Shown here: in pieces, positions 22,536 through 33,108 of the stretch
Layout of the letters: the number at the start of each line of letters is the position of its first letter
How positions within the stretch are numbered: position 1 is the first letter of the stretch
IMG/VR virus record: IMGVR_UViG_3300029452_000003
Reading direction: 5' to 3' (one strand)
DNA length: 41,649 nucleotides
From: a virus
Made by a program: the position numbers and the translations under genes
The notes under the pieces: generated by a model
The model's database searches: none
Seen by the model: only the letters and a program-made list of their open reading frames with translations
What the model was told of the DNA's origin: nothing

Positions 22536-23977
22536 CCAATAGCAACACTCTTCTGCCAACATCGGCGCAGCCTGATGCCGAAGGCTTCCGCCGCTATCGC
22601 ATAGCTCCGTCGGGCATAGGCTCGGCGGGGCAGAGCAACTCCGTGACTTCCGAGTATGGCTCCGACTCGAACACCATATTCGACGATGATCGATTGCCTG
22701 GCAGTAATCTCGTGCGCCCCATCACCGTCGGCGGCAAGCAGTATAAGTACGTGCAGTGGGGCTACGACGACCAGCTGCCTTATCGTCTGCGCCGCGAGAT
22801 AATGTCCAACATGATTACGGCGCAGTGCCAGCAGTTCAATATCGTGTCATGCTATGGTCAGGGCGTGCGCTTCGTCGATCGCAAGACAAAGCAAGATGTC
22901 TCAGAACCTGACATACTGCAGTTTTGCCTACGCAACTCACTCCAGGAGGTATTCCTTGAGCAGGCTACGGATATGAAGTTCTACTCGTTCTCGGTGACGG
23001 TGGTCATCCTCTCGCGCGACGGCGAGCGTATCGTGACAGTGCGCAACAAGGATGCCTCCTACTGTCGCTTCGAAGCTGCATCGAGCACCCATAGCGGCAA
23101 GCCAGAGCACGTGTTCTATGGCGACTGGCGCTTGGGCTTCCTCGACGAGTCGAAGATAGAGGCTATTCCTCTACTCGACTACTGGGACCCATTAGGAGAC
23201 CTCCTGGTGCGCATGGGTGCTGAACCCGACCCGCAGACGGGTCTGCGACGCAAGCCTACAAAAGACCGCAAATTCGCCATCGTGAGCCGTATGGCAACGC
23301 CGGGCACGCAGACATACCCCGTGCCTTACTACTCGTCGATATTCCGCGACACGTGGTTCGACATCTATCGTCTGATAGGCATCGGCAAACGCTACATGAT
23401 TAAGAACACGTCGGCTCCAAGGGTGCAGATTGAGGTGCACGACGACTACTGGGATAACGTGTGCGACAACGAGATGATCTCTGACGAGCAGAAGCGCCGA
23501 GAGCGCAAGGAGCAGGAGAAGCAGAACATCATCGACTTCGTGACGGGCATCGAGAACGCCGGCAAGGCGATGATCAGCGGCTACTACGTAGACCCCAACG
23601 GCAAGGAGAACCGCATGGTGCGCATCGTACCGCTCAACGATGCCTCGAAGAAGGAGGGTGGCAACTGGAGCGACGACATGTCTGAGGCTTCTAACGCTCT
23701 GTGCTTCGCCTTCGGCATTCACCCGAACCTGGTGGGTGCCACGCCAGGCAAGAGCCAGATGAACAACTCGGGCTCCGACAAGCGCGAGCTCTTCACGCTG
23801 AAGCAGGCTATCGAGAAGCCTTGCCACGACGTGATGTGCAAGCCGTATCACGTGATACTCCACTACAACAAATGGCATGAAAAAGCCACTGTTGACGTAC
23901 CGATGATCATGCTCACAACGCTCGACAAGAAGCGAGATGCGAAAAAGGTGAGCGCAAGCAATGAGACTATAGAGTAA
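22532..23977 (+). CDS. Putative portal protein
   Basis: 481 aa. The segment EASNALCFAFGIHPNLVGATPGK...GSDKRELFTL resembles the conserved portal-family core (..afgvP..llg..). Confidence 0.6.
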   Translation: MTNSNTLLPTSAQPDAEGFRRYRIAPSGIGSAGQSNSVTSEYGSDSNTIFDDDRLPGSNLVRPITVGGKQYKYVQWGYDDQLPYRLRREIMSNMITAQCQQFNIVSCYGQGVRFVDRKTKQDVSEPDILQFCLRNSLQEVFLEQATDMKFYSFSVTVVILSRDGERIVTVRNKDASYCRFEAASSTHSGKPEHVFYGDWRLGFLDESKIEAIPLLDYWDPLGDLLVRMGAEPDPQTGLRRKPTKDRKFAIVSRMATPGTQTYPVPYYSSIFRDTWFDIYRLIGIGKRYMIKNTSAPRVQIEVHDDYWDNVCDNEMISDEQKRRERKEQEKQNIIDFVTGIENAGKAMISGYYVDPNGKENRMVRIVPLNDASKKEGGNWSDDMSEASNALCFAFGIHPNLVGATPGKSQMNNSGSDKRELFTLKQAIEKPCHDVMCKPYHVILHYNKWHEKATVDVPMIMLTTLDKKRDAKKVSASNETIE

Positions 23978-24034
23978 TTATTAACATTCGCCTCGTGGTT
24001 TACACAAAGCTTAACGAGGCTCATAAGGCATAGT

Positions 24035-24868
24035 ATGATAGCAATATTAAAAGAAGATTTTGAACGCTCACTGCCAGTGGGCGCATCTGCACACGACGAG
24101 GTATTCGAGGCAGTGTACCCTGCCATAGAAGCAGCACTCAACAATTACTACGACATGCTGCTCGGCGAGCCTGGTGCTCAGCGAGTTGAGTCGACCGACG
24201 AGAGCGAACCGTTAAAGTACTACTTTAAGATGTTGGTGTGCGTAGATGCCTTCCTCTCGGTGTTCAGACAGCTCGACCTCGTGCTCACTTCTACAGGCTT
24301 CGGCATAGTGTCGAACGACACTATATCGCCGGCTTCGAAGCAGCGTGTTGATGCTCTTGAGGGTCTGCTGCGCACTGCGCTGTGCCGTGCGCGTGCTATG
24401 GTGGTACAGCAGCTGCGCTCTGAGGAGTGGGGTGTGACAGAGCAGGCGCAGAACTTCGTGCGCCACATATACACGGAGCACTACTTCTTCTTTGCACAAG
24501 GCATCCAAAGCCGGTCGTACAAGGACTGGGAGACTATGCAACGTGCTATCAGCGAAGCTGAGGAGCAGCTGCGCGTGCGCTTCTCCGACGAGCAGATAGA
24601 CGATGTGCTGAAGGCTTATCGATGCAAAGACAAAAAGGACATGGCAGAGTACGGAGGGTTCGTTCAGCTGGCGCGCGACTTCGTCGACCTCTGGGCTGCC
24701 GACGGTGACGGAGCGCTGCACTCCGCTCTCTTCCGACGCATGGAGCGCCTCGTTGAGGGCAATCCGGAGACATTCTGCATTTACCCCACTACTACGGCGT
24801 ACAGCTCGGCACACATGCTGACGTTCAGCAACAAAAAAGAATCTTCTGCATTTCTCTTCAATGGATAA
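24035..24868 (+). CDS. Hypothetical morphogenesis protein (277 aa)
   Basis: ORF directly after the portal candidate. No motif recognised. Confidence 0.5.
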   Translation: MIAILKEDFERSLPVGASAHDEVFEAVYPAIEAALNNYYDMLLGEPGAQRVESTDESEPLKYYFKMLVCVDAFLSVFRQLDLVLTSTGFGIVSNDTISPASKQRVDALEGLLRTALCRARAMVVQQLRSEEWGVTEQAQNFVRHIYTEHYFFFAQGIQSRSYKDWETMQRAISEAEEQLRVRFSDEQIDDVLKAYRCKDKKDMAEYGGFVQLARDFVDLWAADGDGALHSALFRRMERLVEGNPETFCIYPTTTAYSSAHMLTFSNKKESSAFLFNG

Positions 24869-25646
24869 AATAGAACTCACATGCCCCAAGTCGTGGAGCG
24901 AGCTGACACAAGAGCAGCTGCGCTACACCTTCTTTCTGCTTTCCACCTTCGCCGACAAGGTGATGGTGAAGACATATATGTTCGTGCGCTTCACTGGTAT
25001 CAACGTCATCAAGAAGAACCGCTTCGGATGGCAGTGTGTCTATCAGCCCGAGGGCAAGAAGCGCAAACGAGTGTTCTATCTGCAGCTATGGCAGATACGC
25101 TCGTTCCTGGAGCAGCTCGCTTGGGTGGACAGCATAGAGCAAATGGATAATAGGTTGGATGTTGTCCAGGGGCTCGAAGCTGTCCATCCATTGCTGCAGG
25201 AGGACACCGAGCACCATCGCATCATAACCTTCGAGGAGTACCTCTGCATGGAGAAGTACTACCAACGCTTTCACTCTACGGGCAATGATGACGCTATCGA
25301 TGTGCTCGCCTCTTTCCTCTACCGCAGTCCCGACTTCTCGCGACCAGCAGAACTGACACTGACACCTGCGGAGCGCCTTGCCACGCTTGCATGGTTTGCG
25401 CACGTGAAAGTCGTCATGTCGCACGCCTTCCCACACTTCTTCCGCAGAACGGAGAGCGACGACGACATATCCGAGCTGTCGATGCTGCAGTCGTTCAATG
25501 TGCAGCTGCGTGCTCTCACCGACGGCGACGTGACAAAGGAGACACTTGTGAAGCAGACCGACTGCTGGCGAGCTCTTACTGAGCTCGAAGCCAAAGCGCG
25601 TGAGGCAGAGGAGTTCAAACGCAAATATCCTAAGCTAACAAGTTAA
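24861..25646 (+). CDS. Hypothetical morphogenesis protein (261 aa)
   Basis: Overlaps the previous gene by 8 nt. No motif recognised. Confidence 0.5.
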   Translation: MDKIELTCPKSWSELTQEQLRYTFFLLSTFADKVMVKTYMFVRFTGINVIKKNRFGWQCVYQPEGKKRKRVFYLQLWQIRSFLEQLAWVDSIEQMDNRLDVVQGLEAVHPLLQEDTEHHRIITFEEYLCMEKYYQRFHSTGNDDAIDVLASFLYRSPDFSRPAELTLTPAERLATLAWFAHVKVVMSHAFPHFFRRTESDDDISELSMLQSFNVQLRALTDGDVTKETLVKQTDCWRALTELEAKAREAEEFKRKYPKLTS

Positions 25647-25658
25647 TACACGTGATAT

Positions 25659-26153
25659 ATGAAAGACTTATTTCCGGCTCTCGACTACTTCACTCAACTC
25701 GCGAAGAGCAACCGCCTCGCCACCGAGCACGACTTTCACCCGTGCCTCTGCTCTGGTCCCGACTCGATACAAGGTGTTATGGACTCGTTCCGCAAGCACA
25801 AAAACTTCATCATGGTCGACGACACCACATCGCAGCAGACCTTCAGCAACGGCGTGGGCTATTTCCGACGCGATGTCTACACCGTCTTCATCGTAGCTCA
25901 CTACCGCTACGACGACATGGCGGAGCGCGAGCAGAAGTTGAACATCTGCCGCCAGTTGTTCCGACAGTTTCATTCCAGACTGCTGCACGATCGCGACGGA
26001 CTCGGCGACGAGCGTCTGACATACCTGCAGCTGAACAACATCTACTCTACCGAGCTCGGTCGCTACGCCATGAATGGCGTGACGGGACTCTACTTCATGG
26101 TGCAGAACGAACAACCTATAGACATTAGCTATGAGCAGTCAGAATGGACTTAA
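25659..26153 (+). CDS. Hypothetical protein (164 aa), head-tail completion candidate by position
   Basis: Preferred over the alternative-frame ORF at 25652-26128, which is Arg/His-rich with low complexity. Confidence 0.5.
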   Translation: MKDLFPALDYFTQLAKSNRLATEHDFHPCLCSGPDSIQGVMDSFRKHKNFIMVDDTTSQQTFSNGVGYFRRDVYTVFIVAHYRYDDMAEREQKLNICRQLFRQFHSRLLHDRDGLGDERLTYLQLNNIYSTELGRYAMNGVTGLYFMVQNEQPIDISYEQSEWT

Positions 26154-26610
26154 ACCGAACATGACCGATGCCGAGCACCAGAAGTGGCTTGAGGGTTGGA
26201 GCGAGTTTATGGTTAAGATGTGGCGCGAGCGTATGATGCAGTTCGCGCCACCAGTTTACGATACCGGTGCTTTGTCGCGCTCCGTGCAGGGTGTCATACA
26301 TCCTGGCCCGGTGACATCGATAGAGCACCGTTTTTTAGAATATGGCATCTACGTGGCACGTGGTGTCGGCAACGGCTACCGGCATAACAACGGCGGCGAC
26401 TTGACATTCCTGAAGGACTGGAAGACAAACCCACGCCACCGGCAGAAACGCGACTGGTTCTCAAAGAAGTATATGTACTCGCTACACCGTCTCAACGAGT
26501 TCGAGGCTGCTTACTACGGCACTACATACAATGGTCTCGTGTCATCATTCCTACGTCAGCTCTTCACTGGTGGGTCAAGCACAATCGACCGCGCGGTAGC
26601 GCAGCTGTAG
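26131..26610 (+). CDS. Hypothetical protein (159 aa), head-tail completion candidate by position
   Basis: 23-nt overlap with the previous gene. Confidence 0.5.
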   Translation: MSSQNGLKPNMTDAEHQKWLEGWSEFMVKMWRERMMQFAPPVYDTGALSRSVQGVIHPGPVTSIEHRFLEYGIYVARGVGNGYRHNNGGDLTFLKDWKTNPRHRQKRDWFSKKYMYSLHRLNEFEAAYYGTTYNGLVSSFLRQLFTGGSSTIDRAVAQL

Positions 26611-26647
26611 TGCTTTTCTCGTTTTTTTATTCTCGCCGCCATCGCCT

Positions 26648-26655
26648 TATCTTTG
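26648..26655 (+). promoter_or_regulatory. Bacteroidota-type -7 promoter box (TATCTTTG)
   Basis: TAnnTTTG match 27 nt upstream of the ATG at 26682. Confidence 0.4.
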
Positions 26656-26681
26656 TATCATAAAAATAATATCAGAGTAAT

Positions 26682-28145
26682 ATGTCAACAAATAACGATA
26701 GCCTACGCAAAGACTTGGAGCAGATACGCGACGAGCGTGCTACTCATGCTAACACCGCACAACGCATCGGCAATGCGCTGCTGGGGCTGTTGCAGGTTAT
26801 TGAGCAGAAGCTGGACCTAAGCCGTTTTCTGCGACGCGACATTGACGACAAGGCAGAGGGGCATATACGCTTCTTGCGCGGACTATCTGTAGGTTCTGGT
26901 ACACACGGCATGGCTCAAGATGGCTCAGCAATACTGAGCAAGCTCACATCAATGCTTTACAGCACCGAATCGCAGTCGGGCTTCGGCTTGGTAGACCGTG
27001 GCGACGGCAAGTATCGCCTTGACATCACCGACCTTATGGTGTGGGGTAAAGCCATTTTCAACGAGCTGGAGGTGCGCAAGCTATCATACGTTGGTGGCAA
27101 TATCTACCTCAGTGGTGCTGGTAGCAAGATTGTGGCTGTGCAAGAAATATATGACCTTCAACGCAACCTCACCGGGTGGAAGTGTTTCTTGCTCGCAGAC
27201 GACGGCACAACGGCTACTCAGAACTATTGGAAGATTGGCGACCAAGCACGCTGCCAGACTTTCGACATTAAGCCTGGTGTGTACGAGGGCAAACAGAACC
27301 ACCTCTACTGGCGCATTGTAACAGAGGTGAGCACCGAGGCTGAAGTGGTGACTAATGGTATGGGTGATGTGCTCTATGATGGCAAGTTGTTTAATTGGAT
27401 AGTGCTCGCCAAAGGTAACTGCGCGGAGGGTAGCGATGAGCCAAATGCAGGAGATACCATTGTGCTTGACGGCTGCCAAGACCCTGCAAAGATGGATCGT
27501 CAAGGGGTGCTTATGTTAGAGACTACTGGACCTGACACGCCACGCATCGTTGCTTACAAGGGTGTCAATAGCTACACGCATGATGGCAGAGAGGTGTTCT
27601 GTCTGTCGCCGAATGGCTCGCGCATAACATCTACGTCGTTCGAGTGGATATCATCATCTGGCCAGACTATACACATGGTGAACTACCGCGGCGAATGGCA
27701 GCGTGGCACTACTTACGACTATTACGACCAGGTGAACCACAACAACGCTGTGTGGCTCTGCACTAACGAGAGCGGTACTGCAGCTGAGCCGGTAAACGGC
27801 TCGGCGGACTGGCTGAAGCAAATCGAAGGTGAGAAGGGCGAGAAGGGAGATCCTGGCGAGGATGGCTTGGCGTACCAAATAGTGATAACGAGCAGTTCGG
27901 GCACGGTGATGATAAATGGCACAGGGCAGTTGACTCTCGAAGCTAAGCTGTTACGCAACGGCGAGGACATAAGCGACACCATAAGCGATAGCGCGTGGTC
28001 GTGGCGAAGACAATCGGCAGATACGGCAGATGATACAACGTGGAATACTCTGCATGAGGGCATCGGCAGAGTCTGCGTTGTGAATAGTGATGATGTCGTA
28101 AGGCAGGCGCAGTTCGAGTGTGAGGTATTGGATTTAGCGTTTTGA
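26682..28145 (+). CDS. Tail fibre-like protein with short collagen-like segment
   Basis: GEKGEKGDPGEDG (27828-27866). N-terminal coiled-coil-like region and a beta-rich remainder. Confidence 0.55.
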   Translation: MSTNNDSLRKDLEQIRDERATHANTAQRIGNALLGLLQVIEQKLDLSRFLRRDIDDKAEGHIRFLRGLSVGSGTHGMAQDGSAILSKLTSMLYSTESQSGFGLVDRGDGKYRLDITDLMVWGKAIFNELEVRKLSYVGGNIYLSGAGSKIVAVQEIYDLQRNLTGWKCFLLADDGTTATQNYWKIGDQARCQTFDIKPGVYEGKQNHLYWRIVTEVSTEAEVVTNGMGDVLYDGKLFNWIVLAKGNCAEGSDEPNAGDTIVLDGCQDPAKMDRQGVLMLETTGPDTPRIVAYKGVNSYTHDGREVFCLSPNGSRITSTSFEWISSSGQTIHMVNYRGEWQRGTTYDYYDQVNHNNAVWLCTNESGTAAEPVNGSADWLKQIEGEKGEKGDPGEDGLAYQIVITSSSGTVMINGTGQLTLEAKLLRNGEDISDTISDSAWSWRRQSADTADDTTWNTLHEGIGRVCVVNSDDVVRQAQFECEVLDLAF

Positions 28146-28197
28146 TATTTCATTTATAACGACTTATATTTATTAACAATTTAAAAAACAAAAAAAT

Positions 28198-29241
28198 ATG
28201 GCAAAAGTTTTAGCGAATGGTCAAATTACAATCGTTGACCTTAACGACGGCAAAGCCATTCAGTGTTTCACGCAAGCTTCGCAGGGTCAGACTCAGATCT
28301 TCACGCCCGATACTGGTGTGTACACTCCAAACTACTCGACAAGTGCACCTAACGTCATCACAGCTCGTGTGTATGTGACGGGTAGCTCGACCGACCAAGC
28401 TCCGACAGCAGCTTGTACCAATTGGAAGTGGACTGTAGATGGCGCAGCAGCGACACCGGTGCAGGGCAAGTCGTATCAGCTCAACATCGTCAGCAACATT
28501 GCGAAGAATGGCAGCGTGAAGAATATCGAGTGGGCATGTACATATACCGACCCCGAGACCAAAGCTACCACGGAGTGCAGAGGTTATCTGACTATCAGCC
28601 TTGTGAAGTCGGGTGGTGCTTTACAGACGGTGCAGATAGAGACTCCTGACGGCAACACCTTCGACTCTACAAATAGTTCCAAGCCATTGCGTGCTGTGGC
28701 TAAATTCTTCCGAGGCAGCGTGCAAGACACTACAATGACAAGCATGACGTGGGAGGTGCTCAATATTAGTGCTGGCACCTGGAGTGCAGTAGCTGCTGGC
28801 AACGTCACTACATCGGGTGGTGTGAGCACGCTGAATGTGAATGCCGATGATGTGCTGAACTTCCAGACATTCCGCTGCACGGTGAAGGATGGTGCTGATA
28901 CTGCTAACGCCATCATCACTTTCTTCGATGCCAGCGACCCTTATGTCGTAGAGGTTTACTCACTCACTGGCGACAAAATTGTCAATGGTGCTCAGTCTAC
29001 AGAACTGTTCGCACGTCTATGGAAAGATGGTCAGGTGGTCGAAGACGGCACAGCTGTTAAGGCTGACAGCACTCACGCCTGCAAATATCAGTATAAGTGG
29101 ACTAAGTACAACTCGAACGGCGTAGCAACAAACTGGAGCGGCACATCAAGTCCAGTGAATGCTTCTACAAAGCCGTATGTCACGGTGGCGAACGCTGATG
29201 TGGCAGTGAGAGGTACATTTACTTGTGAGGTGTCTAAATAG
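28198..29241 (+). CDS. Virion surface/tail-associated protein (347 aa, Thr/Ser/Gly-rich, beta-rich)
   Basis: Shares the N-terminal pattern (ANGQITIVDLNDG vs ARGWITIVAVKDG) with the next fibre gene. Confidence 0.5.
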   Translation: MAKVLANGQITIVDLNDGKAIQCFTQASQGQTQIFTPDTGVYTPNYSTSAPNVITARVYVTGSSTDQAPTAACTNWKWTVDGAAATPVQGKSYQLNIVSNIAKNGSVKNIEWACTYTDPETKATTECRGYLTISLVKSGGALQTVQIETPDGNTFDSTNSSKPLRAVAKFFRGSVQDTTMTSMTWEVLNISAGTWSAVAAGNVTTSGGVSTLNVNADDVLNFQTFRCTVKDGADTANAIITFFDASDPYVVEVYSLTGDKIVNGAQSTELFARLWKDGQVVEDGTAVKADSTHACKYQYKWTKYNSNGVATNWSGTSSPVNASTKPYVTVANADVAVRGTFTCEVSK

Positions 29242-29275
29242 GGCACCTCACCCTATTTTCTAAAAACAAAAAGAT

Positions 29276-31642
29276 ATGGCAACAATACTTGCACGTGGCT
29301 GGATAACCATTGTGGCTGTGAAAGATGGCGACAAGGGCGATAAAGGTGATAAGGGTGACAAAGGTGATAAGGGAACTGCTGGCACTGATGCTTACACTGT
29401 TGAACTACAAGGTGCACCTATCACTATCTCTACTTCTGATGACGGAGTACCATCCGGCACAACATCGGGCGGCATCAACACCTATGGTTATGCTACAGTA
29501 GTGTGCCGCAAGGGTGGTGCCGTCGTGAGCGCAAGTTCTATTACTATCAAAACGCCTGTTAACTGCACGGCAAGTGTGTCGGGCACATCGGTTCGTATCA
29601 ACTCCATACGCACATACAGCACCGGTAGCAATACTATGTACTACACCGATGGCTATGTCGATGTGTCGGTGGTGGTGGGTGGCAAGACGTTCGTCGTGCG
29701 TCTGACGTGGCACTTAGACTACACCAAGTATTTCGGTGGACTAAAGGCAGATGCGAAGAAGATGCAGTCAAACTACACAGAACTGACGAATAAGGTAGAC
29801 GGTATGCCACTGCAAACAAGCTCTGCACTACAACAATACTCTTCCGAGATCCTGCAGTCGGCACGCGAGATATCTCTGAAGGTGGGCTATGCTCTCGCCG
29901 ATCGGCGCAACCTTCTTGCAGGCTCTACATTCAATAAACGAGGCTTAGGCCCAGACTTTCTGCGAGCTAAAATATACCGCACGTCGTCACACGATGGAGC
30001 TAATGTAGTATTCCTGCCCGAGGCGAAGGCTGCTGGCCCAGTGTGGCAAAGTGGCGGTGTCGGCTTGGGTAATATACATGTCGAGAAGGGCAAGACGTAC
30101 ACCATCTCGTTTTGGACAAAAGCCAAGTCTGTTAGTGTGAGCTTCGCAGCCGAAGTAAAATGGAAATCTTCCGCCACTGATAAAACCAACCCCGCTGGTT
30201 ATACAGGCCCAAATGGCAGTGCTTATTTAGGTGCAGATGCAGTCACTCCGAGTGAAGGCTGGCACCTCTATCAGCGCACATTCACCGTTGCTAAGAACGC
30301 ATCTTATGAGTGGATTTCTGTTGGCTGCTTGAAAATTAACGACTCCACCGCAAGCCAGCAGGCGTACATCGCCCACCCTATACTCATTGAGGGCACAGCG
30401 AAGGATCTCGTATGTTGGAGTGCTTCGCCCAATGATTACAACTACATCGGCGGCAATCTCCTCGACAACACGCGCACGTTTACCAAAGTCGGCAACCTGA
30501 TGCGCTTGGATGCCTCGATAGTCACTAATGAGTCGTACAATAATGGCTGCTCCGTTATATATGCGTACGGAGCGTCCGGGTACGTCGAGATGGCACAATG
30601 GAGCGTGAATACCATCATCAAAAAAGATGAGGACTACATACTCTCCTTTATGGCAAAAGGTAGTGGCAACATCGACGCATACATATGGAGTGGCTCTAAT
30701 CTAAGCATATTCGCCGAAGATAGCGAGCGCGATACGACGACACAGAACGTCGATGGAGATCGACGTTTACCTCTTACGGACGAGTGGAAGCGCTATTGGG
30801 TACACTGGCGTTCGGAGGGCACCGGCATACCTAACTACGTCCTTATCCGTTGTCTGCAAGGCAGTAAGGCGTGGGTGACGATGCCGAAGTTGGAGGTGGG
30901 TGCAACTCCTACCGACTGGATAGATTCGGCAAACGGCTATGTCGAGGACAGTGGCATTGTAGCTAAGCTGCTGCGCACTGGCTTCGACATCGAGAATGGC
31001 AAGATAACGGCAACGGCGGACAATTTTGAGGTGCGCAACAACAGCGGCGAGGTGACGGCGCGTGTGAACGAGAATGGACAGCTGGATGTCAATGAAGGTC
31101 TGTTTAAGGGATTTATGTGTAAGAAGCTAACAAGAATAACATCGGCAAACTTACATAAATACATCTTAAATCAATATGTCGGTGAGGGACGTATAAGCTT
31201 TGACTTTACAAAAACGGGTAGTTTTATAGAAATTGTTGATGGTAGTTCTTTCGGTGCAACGCCAGTAATCGTGTTACCGTTTTATTCATCAGACAAGAAA
31301 CATCCGTTCGCAGCCCTAAGTGCAAAAGACGTTAGAGACGTGCTGACATACTACGGTCAGGATATCATCATTATCAACAAAAGCGGAAGGGCTTTCGATA
31401 TGATAGGTGGCGATTTGCAAGATAACACCTCCGGTTCACCGCAGAACGTTATATACGACAATACGGCTGTCATATTAACATGTGGCTGCAGCGGCACCAT
31501 CTCGAAAGTAGAAGCACAGTGGGTAGGCAGAAAGCTATTGGGCTTCAATGGAGTATATGATGTATTGGCAGGTGGCAAGGCAGCCGACGAGGCTACTGAC
31601 GGAGAAACAACAACGCTGAGTTCTGAGGACGAGCCAACATAA
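29276..31642 (+). CDS. Tail fibre / receptor-binding protein with collagen-like (GDK)5 repeat
   Basis: GDKGDKGDKGDKGDKGTAGTD at 29327-29389. 788 aa, large beta-rich C-terminal region. Confidence 0.6.
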   Translation: MATILARGWITIVAVKDGDKGDKGDKGDKGDKGTAGTDAYTVELQGAPITISTSDDGVPSGTTSGGINTYGYATVVCRKGGAVVSASSITIKTPVNCTASVSGTSVRINSIRTYSTGSNTMYYTDGYVDVSVVVGGKTFVVRLTWHLDYTKYFGGLKADAKKMQSNYTELTNKVDGMPLQTSSALQQYSSEILQSAREISLKVGYALADRRNLLAGSTFNKRGLGPDFLRAKIYRTSSHDGANVVFLPEAKAAGPVWQSGGVGLGNIHVEKGKTYTISFWTKAKSVSVSFAAEVKWKSSATDKTNPAGYTGPNGSAYLGADAVTPSEGWHLYQRTFTVAKNASYEWISVGCLKINDSTASQQAYIAHPILIEGTAKDLVCWSASPNDYNYIGGNLLDNTRTFTKVGNLMRLDASIVTNESYNNGCSVIYAYGASGYVEMAQWSVNTIIKKDEDYILSFMAKGSGNIDAYIWSGSNLSIFAEDSERDTTTQNVDGDRRLPLTDEWKRYWVHWRSEGTGIPNYVLIRCLQGSKAWVTMPKLEVGATPTDWIDSANGYVEDSGIVAKLLRTGFDIENGKITATADNFEVRNNSGEVTARVNENGQLDVNEGLFKGFMCKKLTRITSANLHKYILNQYVGEGRISFDFTKTGSFIEIVDGSSFGATPVIVLPFYSSDKKHPFAALSAKDVRDVLTYYGQDIIIINKSGRAFDMIGGDLQDNTSGSPQNVIYDNTAVILTCGCSGTISKVEAQWVGRKLLGFNGVYDVLAGGKAADEATDGETTTLSSEDEPT

Positions 31643-31666
31643 GTTAACGACTTAAAAACATAAATC

Positions 31667-32128
31667 ATGGAAGTAAAAGTAAAGAGAATAGCACGACGTG
31701 ACACCTACACTATAGGTAAGATGTACGTCGACGGCGCATACGTCTGCGACACGCTCGAAGACAAGGACAGAGGGCTGACCTCGATGATGAGTGTGGCGCA
31801 GATATGCGGAGTTAAAATCAAGGGCGAAACCGCCATCCCGACGGGCAGATACCTCGTCGACATGAAGACGGTATCGCCGAGGTTCGGAGGTCGGGCGCAG
31901 TATCTGTTCTGCAAGGGCCGACTACCAAGGTTGTGCAATACACCTGGCTACCAAGGTGTGCTGATACACATCGGCAACACGGCGAAGGACACGGATGGCT
32001 GCATCCTTGTCGGAGAAAACAAGGCGGTCGGACAGGTACTGAACTCAACGGCAACGTTCCGCAAGGTATACACCATGCTGAAGGCTGCGGACGAGAGAGG
32101 CGAGCAGATTTGGATAACAATAGAGTAA
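31667..32128 (+). CDS. Putative cell-wall hydrolase (DUF5675 / YkuD-like His-Cys motif)
   Basis: VLIHIGNTAKDTDGCILVG resembles the H...GC active-site arrangement of L,D-transpeptidase-fold enzymes. Followed by three membrane proteins. Confidence 0.55.
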   Translation: MEVKVKRIARRDTYTIGKMYVDGAYVCDTLEDKDRGLTSMMSVAQICGVKIKGETAIPTGRYLVDMKTVSPRFGGRAQYLFCKGRLPRLCNTPGYQGVLIHIGNTAKDTDGCILVGENKAVGQVLNSTATFRKVYTMLKAADERGEQIWITIE

Positions 32129-32138
32129 GGAGGTGCAG

Positions 32139-32522
32139 ATGGATATGGTTTTACAGATACTTTCGCTGCTTGTTAGCGGTGGCATCGTGGGGCAGCTGCT
32201 CTACTATAACTCGCGGAAGCGCAAAGAGGCAGCTGCAGCACAAAAGGAGGAGGACGCTAACGCCCTCGCCTACGCCCAGGAGTGGCGCAACCTCTACACC
32301 CACGAACACGAGGAGCACATGGAGGAGCGCACAAGACTCAACAACAAAATCGACTCACTCTATGACGACATTGGCAAGCAGCGTGATCTCATCCGAGAGC
32401 TGCGTGCGGAGAAGCACGACTTGCTCCTTCGCATGCACGAGCTGCAGTGGAACGAGTGTACCGTGAACGGATGTATGAAGCGCAAACCGCCAAGAGACTA
32501 CGGCAAGGCGGAAACCGACTAA
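32139..32522 (+). CDS. Membrane-anchored coiled-coil protein (holin/spanin-like)
   Basis: N-terminal TM helix (VLQILSLLVSGGIVGQLLYY) followed by a charged coiled coil. taaggagg (32126-32133) lies 5 nt before the ATG at 32139; the ORF track starts at GTG 32133. Confidence 0.5.
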   Translation: MDMVLQILSLLVSGGIVGQLLYYNSRKRKEAAAAQKEEDANALAYAQEWRNLYTHEHEEHMEERTRLNNKIDSLYDDIGKQRDLIRELRAEKHDLLLRMHELQWNECTVNGCMKRKPPRDYGKAETD

Positions 32523-32540
32523 TAACCCTTTTATAACATT

Positions 32541-33011
32541 ATGAATACATTAGATAAATTGTTAGAAATATTGTGCGGTGCGCTGTTAGGTTTATTATCC
32601 GGCGCATTAGGTTTGTTAGCCTGCGTATTGCTGACACTATTTTGCGGTTGCTCTACACCGCAGCCTGTGGTTGTAGAGCGAGTGGTCGTTAAGACTGATA
32701 CACTCTATAAGGCGAGGACGAGTGCTGACACGTTTCGGCTGCACGACTCGGTGTATGTTGAACACTACACTCGTGGCGACACAGTGTATAGGCTAAAGAG
32801 CGTGTGGCGATGGCGTGACCGCATAAGTGTGAAGACCGACACTATATATAAAGCAATGCTCCAGACTGACACAACACGTCTTCCCATACCAGTGGAGCGC
32901 AAGCTATCGACGTGGGAGCGCACGCAGATGCGCGTCGGGCAGTTAACTATCGGCGCGGTGGTGCTTATTGTTCTGTCGCTGTTGTTGTGGCTGATACATC
33001 GCCGACGATGA
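32541..33011 (+). CDS. Membrane protein with lipobox-like N-terminus and C-terminal TM helix
   Basis: LLACVLLTLFCGCSTPQ is signal/lipobox-like. The C-terminus is LTIGAVVLIVLSLLLWLI. Confidence 0.5.
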   Translation: MNTLDKLLEILCGALLGLLSGALGLLACVLLTLFCGCSTPQPVVVERVVVKTDTLYKARTSADTFRLHDSVYVEHYTRGDTVYRLKSVWRWRDRISVKTDTIYKAMLQTDTTRLPIPVERKLSTWERTQMRVGQLTIGAVVLIVLSLLLWLIHRRR

Positions 33012-33108
33012 TGCTCCACCGCGCATACCAAAATATTTTGGCTCCAGACTTTGCAGTCTCAAATATTTTGCGTATATTTGCGGTATAACCAATTAAATCG
33101 TCTGCTAT

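Noticed and set aside
25652-26128. 158-aa ORF in an alternative frame to 25659-26153
   Set aside because: Its Arg/His/Pro-rich composition is typical of off-frame translation. The 25659 frame has balanced composition and fits the gene spacing.
26682-31642. Diversity-generating retroelement targeting the tail fibres (common in Bacteroidales phages)
   Set aside because: No RT gene was found, and I could not find a template/variable repeat pair by eye near the 3' ends of the fibre genes. A dot-plot would be needed to exclude short TR/VR pairs completely.
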